The notes beneath the pieces are model-generated. The model ran no database searches and was not told where the DNA came from. It saw only the letters and a program-made list of their open reading frames with translations. The translations under genes were made by a program, and so were the position numbers. A stretch of DNA of 26,230 nucleotides. It comes from Utricularia gibba (lineage: Eukaryota > Plantae > Magnoliophyta). Each line of letters opens with the position of its first letter. Positions within the stretch are counted from its first letter, which is position 1. The stretch covers positions 1 through 26,230 of the forward strand of contig NEEC01000500.1 in assembly GCA_002189035.1 (NCBI GenBank). Reading direction: 5' to 3'. Shown piece after piece: positions 1-9,300 of this stretch.

Positions 1-2024
1 AAGGAACCGCTTCTCGTTTTATGGCGGCCAGTCTCGCTGGGAACTTGGTCCTCGACCCCGATTCTGTATGGCTCATGAGGTCAACTGGATGCAAATCGAT
101 TAAAAAAAAATGATCCATTTGTTTAAATTATGATGTCACGTGCACCCCACATGATTTTTTTCAACAACTTACTTTATACTTGAGAAGGCGGTCTTTGGGT
201 GCACTTGGAACCGGAAAAAGATCAGCTTAGGCCTTGGCCCAAAGTAAGTTGTAGCCCGGCAAAGAAAGTGATGTATTTATTAACGTTCGGTTTTCGGTGT
301 TGCCTACATGGTTTTTCAAGGAACAGCTTCTCGTTTTGTGGCGGCCAGTCTCGCTAGGAACTTGGTCCGGGCCCGCGATTCTTTATGGCTCATGAGGTCA
401 AAGGATGCAAATCGATTAAAAAAAATGATACATTTGTTTAAATTACGATCTCACGTGCACCCCACATGATTTTTTTAAGAACATACTTTATACATGAGGA
501 GGCGGTCTTGGGGGGCACTTGGATCCGGAAAAAGGTCAGCTTAGGCCTTGGCCGAAAGTAAGTTGTAGTCCGGCAAATAAAGTGATGTATTTATTATCGT
601 TCGGTTTTCGGGGGCTGCCTACATGGTTTTTGAAGGAACCGCTTCTCGTTTTGGCGGCCAGTCTCGCTGGGAACTTGGTCCTTGACCCGATTCTGTATGG
701 CTCATGAGGTCAACTGGATGCAAATCGATTAAAAAAATGATCCATTTGTTTAAATTATGATGTCACGTGCACCCACATGATTTTTTCAATAACTTACTTT
801 ATACTTGAGAAGGCGGTCTTTGGGTGCACTTGGAACCGGAAAAAGATCAGCTTAGGCCTTGGCCCAAAGTAAGTTGTAGCCCGGCAAAGAAAGTGATGTA
901 TTTATTAACGTTCGGTTTTCGGTGTTGCCTACATGGTTTTTCAAGGAACAGCTTCTCGTTTTGTGGCGGCCAGTCTCGCTAGGAACTTGGTCCGGGCCCG
1001 CGATTCTTTATGGCTCATGAGGACAAAAGGATGCAAATCGATGAATACAATGTCGCATTTGTTTAAATTGCGATATCACGTGCACCCCACATGATTTTTT
1101 CAACAACTTACTTTATACTTGAGAAGGCGGTCTTTGGGTGCACCTGGAACGGGACAAAGATAAGGTTTGGCTTGCATTGAGAGTTAGTTGTAGTCCGGCA
1201 AATAAAGTGATGTATTTATTATCGTTCGGTTTTTTCGGGGGCTGCCTACATGGTTTTTCAAGGAACCGCTTCTCGTTTTTGTGGCGGCCAGTCTCGCTGG
1301 GAACTTGGTCCTTGACGCCGATTCTGTATGGCTCATGAGGTCAACTGGATGCAAATCGATTAAAAAAAAAGATCCATTTGTTTAAATTAGGATGTCACGT
1401 GCACCCCACATGATTTTTTCAACAACTTACTTTATACTGAGAAGGCGGTCTTTGGGTGCACTTGGAACCGGAAAAAGATCAGCTTAGCCCTTGGCCCAAA
1501 GTAAGTTGTAGCCCGGCAAAGAAAGTGATGTATTTATTAACGTTCGGTTTTCGGTGTTGCCTACATGGTTTTTCAAGGAACAGCTTCTCGTTTTGTGGCG
1601 GCCAGTCTCGCTAGGAACTTGGTCCGGGCCCGCGATTCTTTATGGCTCATGAGGTCAAATGGATGCAAATCGATTAAAAAAAATGATGCATTTTTTTAAA
1701 TTGCGATATCACGTGCACCCACATGATTTTTTCAACAACTTACTTTATACTTGAGCAGGCGGTCTTTGGGTGCACCTGGAACGGGACAAAGGTAAGGTTT
1801 GGCTTGCATCGAGAGTTAGTTTTAGTCCGGCAAATAAAGTGATGTATTTATTATCGTTCGGTTTTTGGGGGCTGCCTACATGGTTTTTCAAGGAACCGCT
1901 TCTCGTTTTGTGGCGGCCAGTCTCGCTGGGAACTTGGTCCTTGACCCCGATTCTGTATGGCTCATGAGGTCAACTGGATGCAAATCGATTAAAAAAAATG
2001 ATGCATTTGTTTAAATTACGATGT

Positions 2025-2647
2025 CACGTGCACCCCACATGATTTTTTAACAACATACTTTATACATGAGAGGCGGTCTTGGGGGGCACTTGGAACCGGA
2101 AAAAGGTCAGCTTAGGCCTTGGCCCAAAGTAAGTTGTAGCCCGGCAAAGAAAGTGATATATTTATTAACGTTCGGTTTTCGGTGTTGCCTACATGGTTTT
2201 TCAAGGAACAGCTTCTCGTTTTGTGGCAGCCAGTCTCGCTAGGAACTTGGTCCGGGCCCGATTCTTTATGGCTCATGAGGTCAAATGGATGCAAATCGAT
2301 TAAAAAAAATGATACATTTGTTTAAATTACGATCTCACGTGCACCCCACATGATTTTTTTAAGAACATACTTTATACATGAGGAGGCGGTCTTGGGGGGC
2401 ACTTGGATCCGGAAAAAGGTCAGCTTAGGCCTTGGCCCAAAGTAAGTTGTAGTCCGGCAAATAAAGTGATGTATTTATTATCGTTCGGTTTTCGGGGGCT
2501 ACATGGTTTTTCAAGGAACCGCTTCTCGTTTTATGGCGGCCAGTCTCGCTGGGAACTTGGTCCTCGACCCCGATTCTGTATGGCTCATGAGGTCAACTGG
2601 ATGCAAATCGATTAAAAAAAATGATCCATTTGTTTAAATTATGATGT
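2025..2647 (+). repeat. Representative A2-B2 dimer subtype: A2 2025-2335, B2 2336-2647
   Basis: Both heads carry ACATACTTTATACATGAG and GGGGGGCAC instead of ACTTACTTTATACTTGAG and TGGGTGCAC. A2 has GTGATATAT, GGCAGCC and tail GTCAAATGG...TGATAC...TACGATCT. B2 has AAGAAC, GGATCC, TTATGGCGG and CCTCGACC. Confidence 0.9.
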
Positions 2648-3276
2648 CACGTGCACCCCACATGATTTTTTCAATAACTTACTTTATACTTGAGAAGGCG
2701 GTCTTTGGGTGCACTTGGAACCGGAAAAAGATCAGCTTAGGCCTTGGCCCAAAGTAAGTTGTAGCCCGGCAAAGAAAGTGATGTATTTATTAACGTTCGG
2801 TTTTCGGTGTTGCCTACATGGTTTTTCAAGGAACAGCTTCTCGTTTTGTGGCGGCCAGTCTCGCTAGGAACTTGGTCCGGGCCCGCGATTCTTTATGGCT
2901 CATGAGGACAAAAGGATGCAAATCGATGAATACAATGTTGCATTTGTTTAAATTGCGATATCACGTGCACCCCACATGATTTTTTCAACAACTTACTTTA
3001 TACTTGAGCAGGCGGTCTTTGGGTGCACCTGGAACGGGACAAAGGTAAGGTTTGGCTTGCATCGAGAGTTAGTTGTAGTCCGGCAAATAAAGTGATGTAT
3101 TTATTATCGTTCGGTTTTCGGGGGCTGCCTACATGGTTTTTCAAGGAACCGCTTCTCGTTTTGTGGCGGCCAGTCTCGCTGGGAACTTGGTCCTTGACCC
3201 CGATTCTGTATGGCTCATGAGGTCAACTGGATGCAAATCGATTAAAAAAATGATGCATTTGTTTAAATTACGATGT
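2648..3276 (+). repeat. Representative A-B dimer (~626-bp higher-order unit): A1 monomer 2648-2961, B1 monomer 2962-3276
   Basis: Core markers, A vs B: TAGCCCGG/TAGTCCGG, AAAGAAAG/AAATAAAG, TTAACG/TTATCG, GGTGTTGCC/GGGGCTGCC, GGAACAGC/GGAACCGC, CGCTAGG/CGCTGGG, CCGGGCCCGCG/CCTTGACCCCG, TTCTTTATGG/TTCTGTATGG. These alternate monomer by monomer except in the mosaic at 5472-6395 and at the phase break near 19040. Confidence 0.97.
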
Positions 3277-5471
3277 CACGTGCACCCACATGATTTTTTT
3301 TAACAACATACTTTATACATGAGGAGGCGGTCTTGGGGGGCACTTGGAACCGGAAAAAGGTCAGCTTAGGCCTTGGCCCAAAGTAAGTTGTAGCCCGGCA
3401 AAGAAAGTGATATATTTATTAACGTTCGGTTTTCGGTGTTGCCTACATGGTTTTTTCAAGGAACAGCTTCTCGTTTTGTGGCAGCCAGTCTCGCTAGGAA
3501 CTTGGTCCGGGCCCGCGATTCTTTATGGCTCATGAGGTCAAATGGATGCAAATCGATGAATACAATGTTGCATTTGTTTAAATTGCGATATCACGTGCAC
3601 CCCCACATGATTTTTTCAACAACTTACTTTATACTTGAGCAGGCGGTCTTTGGGTGCACTGGAACGGGACAAAGGTAAGGTTTGGCTTGCACCGAGAGTT
3701 AGTTGTAGTCCGGAAAAAATAAAGTGATGTATTTATTATCGTTCGGTTTTCGGGGGCTGCCTACATGGTTTTTCAAGGAACCGCTTCTCGTTTTGTGGCG
3801 GCCAGTCTCGCTGGGAACTTGGTCCTTGACCCGATTCTGTATGGCTCATGAGGTCAACTGGATGCAAATCGATTAAAAAAATGATGCATTTGTTTAAATT
3901 ACGATGTCACGTGCACCCCACATGATTTTTTTAACAACATTCTTTATACATGAGGAGGCGGTCTTGGGGGCACTTGGAACCGGAAAAAGGTCAGCTTAGG
4001 CCTTGGCCCAAAGTAAGTTGTAGCCCGGCAAAGAAAGTGATATATTTATTAACGTTCGGTTTTCGGTGTTGCCTACATGGTTTTTCAAGGAACAGCTTCT
4101 CGTTTTGTGGCGGCCAGTCTCGCTAGGAACTTGGTCCGGGCCCGCGATTCTTTATGGCTCATGAGGTCAAATGGATGCAAATCGATTAAAAAAAATGATC
4201 ATTTGTTTAAATTACGATTCACGTGCACCCCACATGATTTTTTTAAAAACTACTTTATACATGAGGAGGCGGTCTTGGGGCACTTGGATCCGGAAAAGGT
4301 CAGCTTAGGCTTGGCCCAAGTAAGTTGTAGTCCGGCAAATAAAGTGATGTATTTATTATCGTTCGGTTTTCGGGGGCTGCCTACATGGTTTTTCAAGGAA
4401 CCGCTTCTCGTTTTGTGGCGGCCAGTCTCGCTGGGAACTTGGTCCTCGACCCCGATTCTGTATGGCTCATGAGGTCAACTGGATGCAAATCGATTAAAAA
4501 AAATGATCCATTTGTTTAAATTATGATGTCACGTGCACCCCACATGATTTTTTCAAAACTTACTTTATACTTGAGAAGGCGGTCTTTGGGTGCACTTGGA
4601 ACCGGAAAAAGATCAGCTTAGGCCTTGGCCCAAAGTAAGTTGTAGCCCGGCAAAGAAAGTGATGTATTTATTAACGTTCGGTTTTCGGTGTTGCCTACAT
4701 GGTTTTTCAAGGAACAGCTTCTCGTTTTGTGGCGGCCAGTCTCGCTAGGAACTTGGTCCGGGCCCGCGATTCTTTATGGCTCATGAGGACAAAAGGATGC
4801 AAATCGATGAATACAAAATGATGCATTTGTTTAAATTGCGATATCACGTGCACCCCACATGATTTTTTCAACAACTTACTTTATACTTGAGCAGGCGGTC
4901 TTTGGGTGCACTGGAACGGGAAAAAGGTAAGGTTTGGCTTGCCCAAAGTTAGTTGTAGTCCGGCAAATAAAGTGATGTATTTATTATCGTTCGGTTTTTC
5001 GGGGGCTGCCTACATGGTTTTTCAAGGAACCGCTTCTCGTTTTGTGGCGGCCAGTCTCGCTGGGAACTTGGTCCTTGACCCCGATTCTGTATGGCTCATG
5101 AGGTCAACTGGATGCAAATCGATTAAAAAAAATGATGCATTTGTTTAAATTACGATGTCACGTGCACCCCACATGATTTTTTTAACAACATACTTTATAC
5201 ATGAGGAGGCGGTCTTGGGGGGCACTTGGAACCGGAAAAAGGTCAGCTTAGGCCTTGGCCCAAAGTAAGTTGTAGCCCGGCAAAGAAAGTGATATATTTA
5301 TTAACGTTCGGTTTTCGGTGTTGCCTACATGGTTTTTCAAGGAACAGCTTCTCGTTTTGTGGCGCCAGTCTCGCTAGGAACTTGGTCCGGGCCCGCGATT
5401 CTTTATGGCTCATGAGGTCAAATGGATGCAAATCGATGAATACAATGTTGCATTTGTTTAAATTACGATAT

Positions 5472-6395
5472 CACGTGCACCCACATGATTTTTTTAACAA
5501 CATTACTTTATACTGAGGAGGCGGCCTTGGGGGCACTGGAACGGGAAAAAGGTAAGCTTTGGCCTTGGCCCAAAGTAAGTTGTAGTCCGGCAAATAAAGT
5601 GATGTATTTATTATCGTTCGGTTTTCGGGGGCTGCCTACATGGTTTTTCAAGGAACCGCTTCTCGTTTTTGGCGGCCAGTCTCGCTGGGAACTTGGTCCG
5701 GACCCGATTCTGTATGGCTCATGAGGTCAACTGGATGCAAATCGATTAAAAAAAATGATCATTTGTTTAAATTACGATGTCACGTGCACCCACATGATTT
5801 TTTAAAACATACTTTATACATGAGGAGGCGGTCTTGGGGGCACTTGGAACCGGAAAAAGGTCAGCTTAGGCCTTGGCCCAAAGTAAGTTGTAGCCGGGCA
5901 AATAAAGTGATGTATTTATTAACGTTCGGTTTTCGGGGGTGCCTACATGGTTTTTCAAGGAACAGCTTCTCGTTTTGTGGCGGCCAGTCTCGCTGGGAAC
6001 TTGGTCCCCCGCGATTCTTATGGCTCATGAGGTCAACTGGATGCAAATCGATTAAAAAAATGTTGCATTTGTTTAAATTATGATGTCACGTGCACCCCAC
6101 ATGATTTTTTCAACAACTTACTTTATACTTGAGCAGGCGGTCTTTGGGTGCACTTGGAACGGGAAAAAGATCAGCTTAGGCCTTGGCCCAAAGTAAGTTG
6201 TAGTCCGGCAAAGAGTGATGTATTTATTAACGTTCGGTTTTCGGGGCCTACATGGTTTTTCAAGGAACCGCTTCTCGTTTTGTGGCGGCCAGTCTCGCTG
6301 GGAACTTGGTCCTTGACCCGATTCTGTATGGCTCATGAGGTCAACTGGATGCAAATCGATTAAAAAAAATGATGCATTTGTTTAAATTACGATGT
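5472..6395 (+). other. Three monomers with finely interleaved A and B diagnostic bases (mosaic segment)
   Basis: Monomer 5781-6086 reads AAATAAAG (B), TTAACG (A), GGGGGTGCC (B-like), GGAACAGC (A), CGCTGGG (B), CCCGCG (A), GTCAACTGG (B). The neighbours at 5472 and 6087 also carry opposite-type bases. Confidence 0.85.
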
Positions 6396-9300
6396 CACGT
6401 GCACCCCACATGATTTTTTCAACAACTTACTTTATACTTGAGGAGGCGGTCTTTGGGGCACTTGGAACCGGAAAAAGGTCAGCTTAGGCCTTGGCCCAAA
6501 GTAAGTTGTAGCCGGCAAAGAAAGTGATGTATTTATTAACGTTCGGTTTTCGGTGTTGCCTACATGGTTTTTCAAGGAACAGCTTCTCGTTTTGTGGCGG
6601 CCAGTCTCGCTAGGAACTTGGTCCGGGCCCGCGATTCTTTATGGCTCATGAGGTCAAAAGGATGCAAATCGATTAAAACAATGTTGCATTTGTTTAAATT
6701 GCGATATCACGTGCACCCCACATGATTTTTTCAACAACTTACTTTATACTTGAGAGGCGGTCTTTGGGTGCACTGGAACGGGAAAAGGGTTAGGCTTGCC
6801 CAGAGTAGTTGTAGTCCGGCAAATAAAGTGATGTATTTATTATCGTTCGGTTTTCGGGGGCTGCCTACATGGTTTTTCAAGGAACCGCTTCTCGTTTTGT
6901 GGCGGCCAGTCTCGCTGGGAACTTGGTCCTTGACCCCGATTCTGTATGGCTCATGAGGTCAACTGGATGCAAATCGATTAAAAAAAAATGATGCATTTGT
7001 TTAAATTATGATGTCACGTGCACCCCACATGATTTTTTCAAAACTACTTTATACTGAGAGGCGGTCTTGGGGTGCACTTGGAACCGGAAAAAGGTCAGCT
7101 TAGGCTTGGCCCAAAGTAAGTTGTAGCCCGGCAAAGAAAGTGATGTATTTATTAACGTTCGGTTTTCGGTGTTGCCTACATGGTTTTTCAAGGAACAGCT
7201 TCTCGTTTTGTGGCGGCCAGTCTCGCTAGGAACTTGGTCCGGGCCCGCGATTCTTTATGGCTCATGAGGTCAAATGGATGCAAATCGATGAATACAATGT
7301 GCATTTGTTTAAATTGCGATATCACGTGCACCCCACATGATTTTTTCAACAACTTACTTTATACTTGAGCAGGCGGTCTTTGGGTGCACCTGGAACGGGA
7401 CAAAGGTAAGGTTTGGCTTGCACGAGAGTTAGTTGTAGTCCGGAAAATAAAGTGATGTATTTATTATCGTTCGGTTTTCGGGGGCTGCCTACATGGTTTT
7501 TCAAGGAACCGCTTCTCGTTTTGTGGCGGCCAGTCTCGCTGGGAACTTGGTCCTTGACCCGATTCTGTATGGCTCATGAGGTCAACTGGATGCAAATCGA
7601 TTAAAAAAAATGATGCATTTGTTTAAATTACGATGTCACGTGCACCCACATGATTTTTTTTAACAACATACTTTATACATGAGGAGGCGGTCTTGGGGGC
7701 ACTTGGAACCGGAAAAAGGTCAGCTTAGGCCTTGGCCCAAAGTAAGTTGTAGCCCGGCAAAGAAAGTGATGTATTTATTAACGTTCGGTTTTCGGTGTTG
7801 CCTACATGGTTTTTCAAGGAACAGCTTCTCGTTTTGTGGGCGCCAGTCTCGCTAGGAACTTGGTCCGGGCCCGCGATTCTTTATGGCTCATGAGGTCAAA
7901 TGGATGCAAATCGATTAAAAAAAAATGATACATTTGTTTAAATTACGATCTCACGTGCACCCCACATGATTTTTTTAAGAACATACTTTATACATGAGGA
8001 GGCGGTCTTGGGGGCACTTGGATCCGGAAAAAGGTAGCTTAGGCTTGGCCCAAAGTAAGTTGTAGTCCGGCAAATAAAGTGATGTATTTATTATCGTTCG
8101 GTTTTCGGGGGCTGCCTACATGGTTTTTGAAGGAACCGCTTCTCGTTTTATGGCGGCCAGTCTCGCTGGGAACTTGGTCCTCGACCCGATTCTGTATGGC
8201 TCATGAGGTCAACTGGATGCAAATCGATTAAAAAAAATGATCCATTTGTTTAAATTATGATGTCACGTGCACCCACATGATTTTTTCAACAACTTACTTT
8301 ATACTTGAGAAGGCGGTCTTTGGGTGCACTTGGAACCGGAAAAAGATCAGCTTAGGCCTTGGCCCAAAGTAAGTTGTAGCCCGGCAAAGAAAGTGATGTA
8401 TTTATTAACGTTCGGTTTTCGGTGTTGCCTACATGGTTTTTCAAGGAACAGCTTCTCGTTTTGTGGCGCCAGTCTCGCTAGGAACTTGGTCCGGGCCCGC
8501 GATTCTTTATGGCTCATGAGGTCAAATGGATGCAAATCGATTAAAAAAAATGATACATTTGTTTAAATTGCGATCTCACGTGCACCCCACATGATTTTTT
8601 AAGAAACATACTTTATACATGAGGAGGCGGTCTGGGGGGCACTTGGAACGGAAAAAGGTCAGCTTAGGCTTGGCCCAAAGTAAGTTGTAGTCCGGCAAAT
8701 AAAGTGATGTATTTATTATCGTTCGGTTTTCGGGGGCTGCCTACATGGTTTTTCAAGGAACCGCTTCTCGTTTTGTGGCGGCCAGTCTCGCTGGGAACTT
8801 GGTCCTTGACCCCGATTCTGTATGGCTCATGAGGTCAACTGGATGCAAATCGATTAAAAAAATGATCCATTTGTTTAAATTATGATGTCACGTGCACCCC
8901 ACATGATTTTTTTCAACAAACTTTATACTTGAGAAGGCGGTCTTTGGGTGCACTTGGAACCGGAAAAAAGATCAGCTTAGGCCTTGGCCCAAAGTAAGTT
9001 GTAGCCCGGCAAAGAAAGTGATGTATTTATTAACGTTCGGTTTTCGGTGTTGCCTACATGGTTTTTCAAGGAACAGCTTCTCGTTTTGTGGCGGCCAGTC
9101 TCGCTAGGAACTTGGTCCGGGCCCGCGATTCTTTATGGCTCATGAGGACAAAAGGATGCAAAAATCGATGAAACAATGTGCATTTGTTTAAATTGCGATA
9201 TCACGTGCACCCACATGATTTTTTCAACAACTTACTTTATACTTGAGAAGGCGGTCTTTGGGTGCACCTGGAACGGGACAAAGGTAAGGTTTGGCTTGCA

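Larger units (their letters stand above)
452..8263 (+). repeat. Imperfect 6-monomer higher-order repeat (~1.88 kb), left domain
   Basis: B2 monomers bearing GGATCC start at 452, 2336, 4220 and 7952 (spacings 1884, 1884, 3732 = 6, 6, 12 monomers). The missing slot at 6087 falls in the mosaic segment. Confidence 0.75.

Noticed and set aside
137-142. CACGTG (G-box/E-box) once per monomer as a regulatory site
   Set aside because: It is a 6-bp motif with no gene context or binding evidence, and one copy per monomer follows from the repeat itself.
227-232. TTAGGC/TTAGG resembling nematode or insect telomere repeats
   Set aside because: There is at most one isolated copy per monomer and never a tandem run, which is expected by chance.
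291-337. T-tracts at 291, 312 and 334, spaced 21-22 bp, suggesting intrinsic curvature
   Set aside because: Only three short tracts are in phase, and other A/T tracts in the monomer are not clearly phased. A curvature calculation or gel-mobility assay would be needed.
515-575. Patchy resemblance of GCACTTGGATCC...CAGCTTAGGCCTTGGCCGAAAGTAAGTTGTAG to the middle of plant 5S rRNA as I recall it (GCACCGGATCC...CAGTTAAGCGTGCTTGGGCGAGAGTAGTACTAG), with a unit length typical of 5S rDNA
   Set aside because: The match covers only about 60 nt at roughly 55-60% identity with gaps. The 5S 5' and 3' thirds are not collinear, and the segment has a diverged counterpart in the other half-monomer. It is not a 5S gene. 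An Infernal search with Rfam RF00001 would settle whether a remote 5S-derived origin is real.
3022-3042. TGGAACGGGA in B1 monomers resembles the 3' end of the CENP-B box (YTTCGTTGGAARCGGGA)
   Set aside because: Only about 5 of the 9 essential positions (NTTCGNNNNANNCGGGN) match. The TTCG half is absent and the spacing is one base short. The nearby TTCGGTTTTCGGGG has 5 nt rather than 7 nt between TTCG and CGGG.
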